A DNA stretch of 64,000 bases, taken from positions 7,662 through 71,661 of IMG/VR virus record IMGVR_UViG_3300044796_000229; one strand, given 5' to 3'. Shown piece by piece: positions 38,196-47,148 of the stretch. The notes beneath the pieces are model-generated. The model saw nothing but the letters and a program-made list of their open reading frames with translations, did not search any database and was not told the origin of the DNA. The stretch's first letter is position 1, and each line of letters begins with the position of its first letter. Position numbers and translations under genes: made by a program. The stretch comes from a virus.

Positions 38196-38618
38196 ATGAT
38201 GGACGACCATTCCGAAGCCTTATTGGCGCATGTGCATCCTGATCTTGCAAAGGTAATGCGCGCTGCTGCACAGACACCACAACCGTTTCAGATTGTGTAC
38301 GGTATCCGCACACTTGCCGCCGAAGAGCAAGCCGTTGCTACCGGGCATTCGACAACGCTGCATTCACGGCATCTTCCCGACAAAGGCTATGCGACCCCCG
38401 AAAATCCCGATGGGGTGGCATGTGCAGTTGACGTTGCTGCACTAATCAATGGGCAAATCAGCTTTGCACCGGGCGAGGAAGAGCAGGTATTTGGAAAGAT
38501 TGCAGCGCAGGTAAAAGCGGCAGCACTGGAACTTAACATTCTTGTCGAGTGGGGTGGTAATTGGCGCTCATTCAAGGACTGGGGCCATTATCAGTTGCCC
38601 TGGAAACAATATCCATGA
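38196..38618 (+). CDS. Endolysin, M15 family peptidase
   Basis: L..VHPDL, GIRT...SRHL...AVDV, WGGNWRSFKDWGHYQL. Confidence 0.9.
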   Translation: MMDDHSEALLAHVHPDLAKVMRAAAQTPQPFQIVYGIRTLAAEEQAVATGHSTTLHSRHLPDKGYATPENPDGVACAVDVAALINGQISFAPGEEEQVFGKIAAQVKAAALELNILVEWGGNWRSFKDWGHYQLPWKQYP

Positions 38619-39022
38619 TCCGCGCTACCGCCATCCTCGCCGCGCTGGCTCTATCCGGCTGCGCCACACAGGCGGTTCAATCCTTCACACCGTTCGCCCC
38701 CAAGGCCGAAATCCGGTCACAGGCGGTCTTTAATGCCGATCTGGCGGCCTGCCGGGGCTATGCTTTGGAGTATCTGTCCGATAAGAGCGATTTAGACCCC
38801 ACAGCCGTGGGTAGCGCTGGCCTACAGGGCGGCCTTTCCAATCTTTCCGAGGCAGCGGTCAGCCCGGTCACAATTCCCCTCAGCGCCCTTGGGAGCGCGT
38901 CTGGTGAGGCGGCTGCGGAAATGGGTTTGAACAGCCATGACGGCAAATGCGTCGTCAATCGCTGCATGACACAAAAGGGCGAATCCTCGAAACAATACGC
39001 CGTTTACGATCCAACCTGTTAG
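38615..39022 (+). CDS. Lipoprotein
   Basis: MIRATAILAALALSGC lipobox; ATGA-coupled to the endolysin. Confidence 0.7.
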   Translation: MIRATAILAALALSGCATQAVQSFTPFAPKAEIRSQAVFNADLAACRGYALEYLSDKSDLDPTAVGSAGLQGGLSNLSEAAVSPVTIPLSALGSASGEAAAEMGLNSHDGKCVVNRCMTQKGESSKQYAVYDPTC

Positions 39023-39031
39023 GAACTGAAG

Positions 39032-39418
39032 ATGCCAACTGACACGTCAGACGCCCAGATCGATTCCGCCCTTTCCGCCCTGCGCGCGGTTCTCATCGCT
39101 ATTGGCGGCTGGATGGCGAGCAACGGCATGGGCCAATCAGGCGCTTACCGAATCGTCGAACTCGCCGCCAGTGCAGTGATGATCGTCGGCCCCGCAGTGT
39201 GGGGTGCGTATGTCGCCATCATGCGCGTGATCCAGAAGAAAAAAGCTGTCACGCAAGCCGTTCAAGCGGGCATCAATCTCACCGTGAGCGGGGCGGCCTT
39301 AGCGGCCGATGGCAAGTCTGTCGTTTCCTTAAACAACGGCGCGACCCCACCATTGCCAGTGACTGACCAAACAGCCGCGCAGATCGTCAAAGACTTTGCG
39401 CCTGCGAAGGCGACATGA
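39032..39418 (+). CDS. Putative holin
   Basis: Two TM segments (LRAVLIAIGGW; AVMIVGPAVWG) followed by a basic tail. Confidence 0.6.
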   Translation: MPTDTSDAQIDSALSALRAVLIAIGGWMASNGMGQSGAYRIVELAASAVMIVGPAVWGAYVAIMRVIQKKKAVTQAVQAGINLTVSGAALAADGKSVVSLNNGATPPLPVTDQTAAQIVKDFAPAKAT

Positions 39419-39642
39419 TGCCAACGTGGCTTCAATGGATTATCAATTTCCTGTTCGGCGGCAACAAACAATCCGGCACCGATCAAGCGCTTGGGAAAGT
39501 GCAGCAATCGAACACTGATTTGGCGACGGCAAACAAGGATGACCAGCGTGCAAATGAAATTGACCAGCAAGTTAGCCGCGATTCTGATGCTGAGTTGGAT
39601 GACGAGCTGCGGAACCCCGATGGTTCAAATAGGTCCAGCTAA
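39415..39642 (+). CDS. Putative i-spanin (Rz-like)
   Basis: N-terminal hydrophobic segment plus helical region; overlapped by a lipoprotein ORF. Confidence 0.6.
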   Translation: MMPTWLQWIINFLFGGNKQSGTDQALGKVQQSNTDLATANKDDQRANEIDQQVSRDSDAELDDELRNPDGSNRSS

Positions 39643-39823
39643 TGCAGCACCAGCTCCTGCGCCCGTGGTCAACGTCACAGTCGCGTCATCGTGTGGCTGG
39701 GAAACCGCGTTCTATCCCGATACCGGATATGAGACGCGCCTGACGCACAATGAGAAGGTTTGGATCGTGGAACATAATGAAAAAGTGAAAGCATTTTGTC
39801 AGCAAGTTACACCGGGACATTAA
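39554..39823 (+). CDS. Putative o-spanin (Rz1-like lipoprotein)
   Basis: MKLTSKLAAILMLSWMTSC lipobox, Pro-rich, overlapping the i-spanin in another frame. Confidence 0.65.
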   Translation: MKLTSKLAAILMLSWMTSCGTPMVQIGPANAAPAPAPVVNVTVASSCGWETAFYPDTGYETRLTHNEKVWIVEHNEKVKAFCQQVTPGH

Positions 39824-39844
39824 ATAAAACACGGGAAGACAATA

Positions 39845-40183
39845 GTGGACACTGGATCAATTCTACCACCTGACAAAGTGCCATTCATCGAAGGCGGAAC
39901 GGGCGGCACGATCATTCTTATGCTGATGATGGGAAAGCTGGATTGGCGGCTTACAGCCCTCATCATCGTGGCCGGCATCTTCACCGCCGCTGTATTTGGG
40001 GAACCACTTGCTGCTCTCAGCGGTTTAGGACCAAGCTGGTATCCTGGCATCGGGGCTGTATTGGCCTTCGGAGCGACGTTTTTATTCGGCGGATTGTTGA
40101 CGTTGCTCAAACAATTCCAGAGTAGTCCGTTAGGATTTCTGTGGGATTTTTTCGATAGATTCCGTCCGGGACGTAAACCATGA
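39845..40183 (+). CDS. Holin-like membrane protein
   Basis: Three hydrophobic segments, GGTGG..., basic C-terminus. Confidence 0.55.
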   Translation: MDTGSILPPDKVPFIEGGTGGTIILMLMMGKLDWRLTALIIVAGIFTAAVFGEPLAALSGLGPSWYPGIGAVLAFGATFLFGGLLTLLKQFQSSPLGFLWDFFDRFRPGRKP

Positions 40184-40503
40184 CGTTCTCCGCAGTTCTT
40201 TCGATCATCGATTCTCTGGCGCTGCTTGTGCTTGCCATCACATCGATCAAGGTTTTCTCGGAAGATTATATCCACGCCGCGCTACCAATGAAGATTGCGA
40301 TTGCGTGTGTGATATTTGGAGCGATTGCAACGTCAGCCGACAGATTAGCAGGGCTTAATCCGGTCGCGGTCTGGAATGTCCATACCTTCATCTGGCGCGT
40401 CATGCTCGATTGTGGAATGGCGGCGCTCGGATTGTGGCGCGCGGTCCATACGCGGCAGCATATCGGTATTCACGAATCGCATTTGATCAAACGCGGTCAC
40501 TAA
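40180..40503 (+). CDS. Membrane protein (3 TM)
   Basis: ATGA-coupled; hydrophobic. Confidence 0.6.
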   Translation: MTFSAVLSIIDSLALLVLAITSIKVFSEDYIHAALPMKIAIACVIFGAIATSADRLAGLNPVAVWNVHTFIWRVMLDCGMAALGLWRAVHTRQHIGIHESHLIKRGH

Positions 40504-40556
40504 ATCAGCCGCAATCTCGCAGGGCGTGAGATTATTTTTCATGGGCGAATTGTATC

Positions 40557-40874
40557 ATGGACGAAGGATCGCAGATAGGGGCTGGTGACATGGCAGATGA
40601 GATGACCCGGACGAATTCCAATGACGAAAGCATGCATGCGACGGGCAGCAACAACGTCACGTCCATTCGGCTCGTCGGATATGATAGGCCATTTTTTACG
40701 GCCATGGCCATCGCACTGTCAATTTTAGCTGTTATCCTCGCATACATGGCGTTCCACGAGGCAACGGTTGATGAATACTGGATGTCTCGTACCGAAGCGT
40801 TTCTTGAGCAAATGTCCGCTCAAGGCGTGCATGTTCCACCTGATCTTTTACCACACAAGGAGAGATCCCAATGA
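40557..40874 (+). CDS. Single-TM protein
   Basis: FFTAMAIALSILAVILAYMAF. Confidence 0.55.
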   Translation: MDEGSQIGAGDMADEMTRTNSNDESMHATGSNNVTSIRLVGYDRPFFTAMAIALSILAVILAYMAFHEATVDEYWMSRTEAFLEQMSAQGVHVPPDLLPHKERSQ

Positions 40875-41053
40875 GCTCAAGCGGCGGCGGCGGTGTGATC
40901 CATCCCAGTGAAACGAAGTCTATCGCTGGCAACGGCAAGACGATCATCGTCACGAACAATTCGTCGGATGACATGATACTTACCGACGACGACGTGAATG
41001 CGCTGACGACCGTACTGCCGGATGGCGCTGCGATCACGATTATCGGTTCTTAA
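40871..41053 (+). CDS. Hypothetical protein
   Basis: RBS aggag; ATGA-coupled. Confidence 0.55.
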   Translation: MSSSGGGGVIHPSETKSIAGNGKTIIVTNNSSDDMILTDDDVNALTTVLPDGAAITIIGS

Positions 41054-41061
41054 GTCTGCGA

Positions 41062-41217
41062 ATGACGGTCCTCGATGCTGCCTATGGCGTGATTTTTGTT
41101 ATCGGCATGGCAGTCGTCGGGTGGTGCGTTAACAGGATTGTTTCTCAAGGCGAAAGAATTGCCCGCGTCGAAGAGCATGTAAGAAAGTGCAAGTTACAGG
41201 ATTGTGACGAAACTTGA
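41062..41217 (+). CDS. Small single-TM protein (51 aa)
   Basis: Manual translation MTVLDAAYGVIFVIGMAVVGWCVNRIVSQGERIARVEEHVRKC... Confidence 0.5.
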   Translation: MTVLDAAYGVIFVIGMAVVGWCVNRIVSQGERIARVEEHVRKCKLQDCDET

Positions 41218-41289
41218 TTCTGTGAGCGTCGATGACTGTGCCGTCTTGTTAAAGAAAAGCCCCAGCCAGTTTCCCAGCCGGGGCAGAAA

Positions 41290-41670
41290 TTAACCGATAA
41301 CCTTGTTAGAGACGATCTTGCCGATGATCTCTTCCCACGAATCGCCCTCGGCTTTGACATGAAAGAAAATGCCGTCATTAACGCCTACGGAGATTTTCCG
41401 GGAATACATGATGCCAGAAAGTTTCTCTGCGCGGCTTTTCGCGGCCAGTTCTTGCGTCCGCAGAGATTGATATTCGCCGTCGGCTTCCAATACCGCTTTG
41501 TACCGCGCTTCGCGCAATTCGCTGAGGCGCTTGCGCTCGGCTGCGGCTTCTGGGAATGCGGCTTTCGCCGCCTCTCGATCTTCAGGCGACGCCGCCTTCG
41601 GGTTGATCCGCCATGCCAATCGCTTGCCAAGCAATCTCTCTAGCTTCTTGAGCGCAACTGTGCGTTCCAT
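41290..41670 (-). CDS. Hypothetical protein
   Basis: MERTVALKKL... after RBS ggagag. Confidence 0.65.
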   Translation of the reverse strand: MERTVALKKLERLLGKRLAWRINPKAASPEDREAAKAAFPEAAAERKRLSELREARYKAVLEADGEYQSLRTQELAAKSRAEKLSGIMYSRKISVGVNDGIFFHVKAEGDSWEEIIGKIVSNKVIG

Positions 41671-41986
41671 TGTTTGCTCTCCATCTATGTCAAAGATCGC
41701 GGTGGTTCCAGCCACCGCCTCAATCGCATCACGCGATTGATGGAAAGCATAGCAAATGAGTTTTCAGCTTTTTGCGGAAATGCCGATTTTATAAGCATTG
41801 GAGCGTCGTTTGCTTAGGAAAAAACAAGGCACATGTCGGGCTTGACACCGATAAACATTGGGTTAGTTGACCACCAACCAATGTGCTGGCGTTCATAAGA
41901 GCCTTATAAATCAAGGCTGAAAATAATTTCTCGGACCCATAATTCTTTCCCGCGCGTTACCTCTCGCTATCTAGAGGGTAAACGCC

Positions 41987-42193
41987 ATGGGTATGTTGAT
42001 TTCTCTGCTTATCGCATTGATCGTGCTTGGGATAGTTTTCGCGATTGTCCGGGCAATTATTCCGCTGCTCGGTTTGCCGGCGCCATTTTCGACGATCATC
42101 TACCTAGTGATGCTCCTGATCGCGCTATTCGTGATCTTGGACTATGTTGGCGTTCTAGGCGGTACTGGCGGATGTTTCAGGTTGCATTGCTGA
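41987..42193 (+). CDS. Small two-TM membrane protein
   Basis: RBS gagggt; LISLLIALIVLGIVF...LPAPF..IIYLV. Confidence 0.75.
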   Translation: MGMLISLLIALIVLGIVFAIVRAIIPLLGLPAPFSTIIYLVMLLIALFVILDYVGVLGGTGGCFRLHC

Positions 42194-42258
42194 CCTTCTG
42201 CGAGCATCGTCCAGCATCGGCCGATCACCGATGCATCAAACCCCTATAGGAGAATGAC

Positions 42259-42606
42259 ATGACCTCTCTTTTGCTTCAAACCATCGAAACCGATTTGAAG
42301 GCTGGCGAAAGCTGGTTGGAAAATGAAGCCGAGACGGCTGGCCTTTATCTTTGGAACGCACTCAAGGGCGCGTTTATTGCTCTCGGACCTACGCTCGGAA
42401 AGACCCTCACCGACACGCTAACAAGCGCCGTGACGGCCGCTTCGGAGAATGACACCATCGAACAGATTGAGACGGCGGCGCTCACCACGGCCACGGAGGA
42501 AGGCAAAGCGGCGATTGCTGCGGCTGGGTCTGGAATCGTGCAGACCGTGATTGCCGGCATCAAGTCCAATCTCTCGCCATCTGTGACCGTAAAAACCGCT
42601 TCCTAA
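42259..42606 (+). CDS. Hypothetical Ala/Thr-rich protein
   Basis: RBS aggag; 115 aa. Confidence 0.7.
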   Translation: MTSLLLQTIETDLKAGESWLENEAETAGLYLWNALKGAFIALGPTLGKTLTDTLTSAVTAASENDTIEQIETAALTTATEEGKAAIAAAGSGIVQTVIAGIKSNLSPSVTVKTAS

Positions 42607-42650
42607 CCGATTTGCAGTCTGGCCGATTCCCCTTTCGCCCAGAATAACTC

Positions 42651-42686
42651 AGCCCGGCCACCGCGAGGTGTGCCGGGCTTTTTCTT
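42651..42686 (+). terminator. Rho-independent terminator
   Basis: agcccggc-cacc-gcga-ggtgt-gccgggct followed by a T-tract, at the convergence of + and - operons. Confidence 0.8.
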
Positions 42687-42700
42687 CGTTTGGAACTGAG

Positions 42701-43003
42701 TTATTTCGCGCCTTTAATCAGCGCATTTTTCCAGCCCTTCTTTGGCGGCCACGATACGCCAAGCGCGGCAAGATCCTCACGTGTGTATCCGCCATTCTCC
42801 GTCATCAAACTTTCGATCCTTGCCTTCATGGCGCGTTGAGAGGCTGTCATTGGTGATCGGTCAGGTTTTGGCTTCTCGACAATCTCGTAACCGTAACGGC
42901 GAAGTTCATAGATGAGCATGTCCGCGAGATCGTTGAAGGTACTCGTTTCATTATGATGCGCGCCGGCTAGGAAAGTGGAGAGGACATCGTGCGGTGTCAG
43001 CAT
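42701..43003 (-). CDS. Hypothetical protein
   Basis: MLTPHDV...GGYTREDLAALGVSWPPKKGWK. Confidence 0.6.
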   Translation of the reverse strand: MLTPHDVLSTFLAGAHHNETSTFNDLADMLIYELRRYGYEIVEKPKPDRSPMTASQRAMKARIESLMTENGGYTREDLAALGVSWPPKKGWKNALIKGAK

Positions 43004-43416
43004 TTCTTCCTCATCTTCACTGTTCCCCGCGGCGCCCAACGGTTTGCACTTTTCAGTTTCCGCGAACCCCATTTGCGTTTTCGCTTTTGCGAACGCTCCC
43101 GCTTGCGCTCTTTCTTGATTTTCCCGGTGTCAGTTCCGGCGACCGTTGCGCCTCTTCCATGCGTCTTTGCATGGTGACAAGAGATACATAGGGCATCAAT
43201 GTGGACTGTCGAGTGCTGATGCGGCTCATAGTCCGTAGCATCTGCATTGATGTCTCGAAGGCGCAGAGCAGGTTCGTGGTCGAAGTGAGTCCCTGCGCAA
43301 CGAAGGTGACTAACCGGAACTGTCTTGCAACGCGCGCATCTAAAGCCCTGTCGCTCGCAAACAAGGCGCTTGATCCTGACCGGTATCGCTTTGCGTTTCG
43401 GGCGATCATGTTTCAC
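42997..43416 (-). CDS. HNH endonuclease (zinc-binding)
   Basis: CARC...FDHEPAL...LCISCHHAKT. Confidence 0.8.
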   Translation of the reverse strand: MKHDRPKRKAIPVRIKRLVCERQGFRCARCKTVPVSHLRCAGTHFDHEPALRLRDINADATDYEPHQHSTVHIDALCISCHHAKTHGRGATVAGTDTGKIKKERKRERSQKRKRKWGSRKLKSANRWAPRGTVKMRKKC

Positions 43417-43497
43417 CGTTTGCCAATCTCTGCTGCGCCACGATGATGCGCTTGATGCGCTCCAAAATAGCCTTGCGCTTTGGTCGAATAGAGGCCG

Positions 43498-44607
43498 TCA
43501 TCTACTCCGCCTCGTAGGGAGAGGTTGCATAGTGCCGTCGTCAGCTCGGACACGCCCTCCTAGGACATAGCCTATAGCTGCGGCTGTGTTCGGATCAGGA
43601 CGTCTGCCATTTTGCCGCAAATATCTTGAGTAAAGATTTGGGCCATATTCCGCTTCCAAGCCTTCCGCCTCAATTCGCAGGTCCCGCAGTGTCGCGATCT
43701 GTATGAACGCGCTCATTCCGTCTCACCTTTGTTGGAGAGGGTGCGTGGCATTTTCGGAAGTGTGGCGCGCAGGCGATCCTCATCTTTTGACCGCCTTTCT
43801 TGGGCGGCTCTGATCGCTTCGTAATGCGGTTTGGTATCTTTTTCGTAGGCAATGTCCAAATCGAACAATTCCGTGTCGATATAGTGTATTAAATCAACGT
43901 CTTGAAAAGCCCCAAGAACATTCGCATTTGCGAGGCCATAACCGGTTTGACGTTCATAAGATGAAACGAGAAACCCGAACAGCCTTGCTGCGCTCACTTG
44001 CAAATTGAAAGTCTTGCGCTCGCTCATTCCCCGTCTCTCCTATGGGTGGTGGGGCTCGGGAATTTAAGATCGGGATCAATGCTCTCGGTTGGTTCCATGA
44101 AAAAGAATGCCGCTTCATGCGTAATGCTATAAACAAAATCTGGCGAGACCGGGGACTTGCGCTTTGTGGCGAACCCGCGCGATACAAGATCATCCCAATC
44201 CGCATCGCCAATGCAGAAATAACAATTCCGATATGCAGACTTTTTGCGGTCCAGCCCTAAAGCATGACGCACTTTATCAACCTGAGAATCCGTGAATGAA
44301 TGAACTGCCATCACTCATCGCTCCTGTTTGTGGGGCGCGCGGCAAGCGCTTCTGCCAGAACCTGTTTTAATTCCGGCGCCGTCGTGTCTTGCTTTGTAAC
44401 ACAGGCCGTTTCGCTTGGAGCATCTTCAGCGTCGTAATAATCGTAATAATCGTAATAATCGTAATCATCATCTTCACCGAAGCCCTCTCCGCCGCATGCC
44501 GCGCATCCCCAATCTTCCTCTTCAATGGACATGAGTTCTCCGCATCCGGGGCAGAACGCGCCGAATTCGTTGTAGATCAAGTCTGGATTGCGTTGGGTAG
44601 CCATCAC
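43498..44607 (-). other. Four small ATGA-coupled early hypothetical genes (43498-43716, 43713-44027, 44024-44314, 44311-44607)
   Basis: Overlapping start/stop codons; the last has a CPGC/CAAC zinc motif and a short DYY repeat. Confidence 0.6.
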
Positions 44608-44990
44608 GCCCTCCCATTCCCGATGGCGGCTTGGGCATCACGCTCTAGAATTATAAGTCCGCCTTTAGTCATCCCACATCTCCTCCATCCAGCGGCCATA
44701 AAGCAGAATCCCGGATTACGGCTCCGAACTGCTTTCGGATTGACCTTGGTGTAGTGCCGCGCACCAACCCATGCGAAATCAGCGTGCAGCCTCTGGGCCA
44801 ATTCATCCTCGCTGAGTTCGCGGTCTGGCGGGGCGTTATTGGGGGCGGGGGATTTGAGGGCATTATGCGCATCCGTCAGGCGGGCCAGCAAGAAACCAGG
44901 AGCGCCACCTTTATCGTTGATGAAGGCTTCCAGCGGCGGGATTAGTTCGATCAGAGCCTGCTTCACCCCATCCCGTTCGTCCTGTGTCAT
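44604..44990 (-). CDS. Chimeric hypothetical protein with a Mom/GNAT-like C-terminal fragment
   Basis: YTKVNPKAVRSRNPGFCFMAAGWRRCGMTKGGL. Confidence 0.45.
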   Translation of the reverse strand: MTQDERDGVKQALIELIPPLEAFINDKGGAPGFLLARLTDAHNALKSPAPNNAPPDRELSEDELAQRLHADFAWVGARHYTKVNPKAVRSRNPGFCFMAAGWRRCGMTKGGLIILERDAQAAIGNGRA

Positions 44991-46068
44991 GGGCGCTCTC
45001 CGTTTTTGAGGGCGGCTTGAAGAGCTTTGCGCGCCAATCTGGTGGCCCTCATCTGCCGCTGAACGAGTTTGTCGTTTTTGTCTTGAAGCGATGATGGAAT
45101 ATAGGCTGAAGGATCAATTTCCCGCGCAGCCCGCTCTACCATCACATCCGTCACCGCGTTTCTATCCTCCCCCGTCATGGGTTTGGCGGGTTGGGGAGAG
45201 GCGGAGAGCGCAGACATTCCTTCGACGGAATCTCGCTTTGCAAATATTGGTTGGTCGTCCTCCATACCAATGAAAATTTCGTCTGGACAAAAAGTTTCAC
45301 CGTGACATTTGCAACCCCAGCCCATCCGCATGTTACGCTGTTGCACAGTTTCATTCGTCATCTTCAACCTCATCAATAGCTTTGAAGATATTCTCGAGCT
45401 TCTCTTCGTTGGTGAGTTCGCGACCGCGTCGAACGATCGAAGATCCAAGTAGGTAACCGGACCGCTCTTTAATGTCCGAGTGCCGCATACCAACAGCCCA
45501 GAGAATATCTGCTAGCCGATCCCGTTCTGCATCAAACCCATCCCCCACACTCACGACAGCATCGGAAGAGGAACGGAGGCGGCGGACTTCTGCTATGAGA
45601 GCGGGGATGTCGGAGCGGGCGTGGGCGATGAAACTGACATTCGCATTGAATTCGCGCTCTGACTCTAGGGGATCAGCCATGTGACTGAACGGATAACCCA
45701 GACTCACTTTCAGAAACCAACCTTCGCCAGCCGGAAGGTGAAGAATAGCTTCGTGAGGTTCGCAGCTTACGCGATCAGTTTCCCAAGGCACGCGTGTAGC
45801 CTTATTCACCCGCGATTCAATCGCTTCTAGGTCCAGCCCATCTGCAGAGGCGGGGGATTGAAAGATTTTATCAGCCATCGCGGCGCTCCTTTTCCCCGCA
45901 GGTATTACAGGTCCGTTCGAGAAAGGTCCGTTCGAGAATATGTGGATGGAACCAGTCTCCGGTATGACCGACCACCTTCCAGACGCTCCAGTCATGTTTA
46001 TGGGGCAGCCGTTCCACATCGCTTTCTGTTGGAGAGGGTGAGGCCGCGCTTATCCGGTGATCGCTCAT
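44987..46068 (-). other. Three small early hypothetical genes (44987-45354, 45351-45878, 45871-46068)
   Basis: Coupled ORFs; the middle one has the ead/Ea22-like NVSFIAHARSDIPALIAEVRRLR. Confidence 0.55.
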
Positions 46069-47123
46069 GCTGCGACCCTCCGGCTTCCTTCAGCAAGAGG
46101 CGCAGCGCTGCGCCCGAATTTGAGAATGTTCTTGGCCGCGTTCACATCGCGGTCGTGACTTTCGCCACAGGAAGAGCATTCCCACTCTCTTATTCCAAGA
46201 CCTGCGATACCTTTCGGCCTCTCAGGCGGTAACGCACCGCACGAAGAGCAGGTTTGAGTCGTGAATTTCTCGTCAACCAACACGAACTTTGTCGCCTTAT
46301 AGGCGAGCATTGCTCGGAAGGATGACCAGCCCGCGTCGTTTACGGATTTAGCCATCCGTGTTTGCGCCAGCCGTTGTGCATTTATGTCTCCGACTGCGAT
46401 GAGCGCGTAATCGCGGCAGAGGCGTGTAGATAGTTTGTGGTGAAAGTCACGGCGAACATTGGCGATCTCGGTGTTGATCGCCGTTGCGCGGCGTTTGTTT
46501 CCAGATCGCTGCGCTATAGCCAAGCGTTCGGCGTAGCGCGAAAGGTGCCGTGGATTTTCAATAACTTCGCCCGTTGAGAGCGTCGCCAGAGACTTCAGAC
46601 CAAGATCAATACCGATCTCACCCGCCACAGCTTTCGCAACTTGCACTTCTACTTGGAAGCAAACAAACCACCGCCCCTGTGAATCTTCACAGAAATATCC
46701 GCCCTTGGCATTCTCGGGTACCGGGCGACGCTTAGCGCCAAAAAACCGAAACCGCTTGCCGCGATAAACCACACTGTTTCCGTCAATTCGTCTGCTTTGC
46801 TGTTGGAACGGAACCCAGCCCAAAGATCGTTTTGTACCGAAACTCGCTCGATACCGAACGGAACGAGATTTTGCCCACTGGTCACAGACGCTTTGAACTG
46901 TTTGCTGATGGATGCCGAGTTCCTGACCAATGCCCCTCATACTCATGGCGAGGTCAAAGGCTGTGGCCCATTTTCGCTTTCTGGCCCCGGCACGGTACTT
47001 GTCGAGAACATTGCGGTGCTGCGCTGCGCACCAGTTCCAGATTTGGTTGCAAGCATATGCGTGGGCGTTCAAAACCTTCCGGGCAGAGCGATCCTTAATC
47101 CGATATTTATAAGTCAGGATCAT
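46065..47123 (-). CDS. tnpB: TnpB-family RNA-guided endonuclease, rearranged RuvC-II type
   Basis: YKYRI N-terminus, GIDLG (RuvC-I), RRDFHHKLS, IAVGD, KSVNDAGW, VDEKFTTQTCSSCG, CSSCG, HDRDVNAAKNI (RuvC-III). Confidence 0.9.
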   Translation of the reverse strand: MILTYKYRIKDRSARKVLNAHAYACNQIWNWCAAQHRNVLDKYRAGARKRKWATAFDLAMSMRGIGQELGIHQQTVQSVCDQWAKSRSVRYRASFGTKRSLGWVPFQQQSRRIDGNSVVYRGKRFRFFGAKRRPVPENAKGGYFCEDSQGRWFVCFQVEVQVAKAVAGEIGIDLGLKSLATLSTGEVIENPRHLSRYAERLAIAQRSGNKRRATAINTEIANVRRDFHHKLSTRLCRDYALIAVGDINAQRLAQTRMAKSVNDAGWSSFRAMLAYKATKFVLVDEKFTTQTCSSCGALPPERPKGIAGLGIREWECSSCGESHDRDVNAAKNILKFGRSAAPLAEGSRRVAA

Positions 47124-47129
47124 ATCTCT

Positions 47130-47144
47130 ATTTCCCTTTCTATA
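47130..47144 (-). repeat. 15-bp direct repeat copy A (TATAGAAAGGGAAAT on - strand)
   Basis: Identical to 48652-48666. Confidence 0.9.
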
Positions 47145-47148
47145 GGTA

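Noticed and set aside
44431-44473. Short 9-bp repeat encoding DYY
   Set aside because: Only 3-4 copies in an acidic low-complexity linker; ordinary slippage.
46065-47148. Intact IS200/IS605 or IS607 element
   Set aside because: No tnpA, no room for a left end, and no recognisable right-end hairpin.
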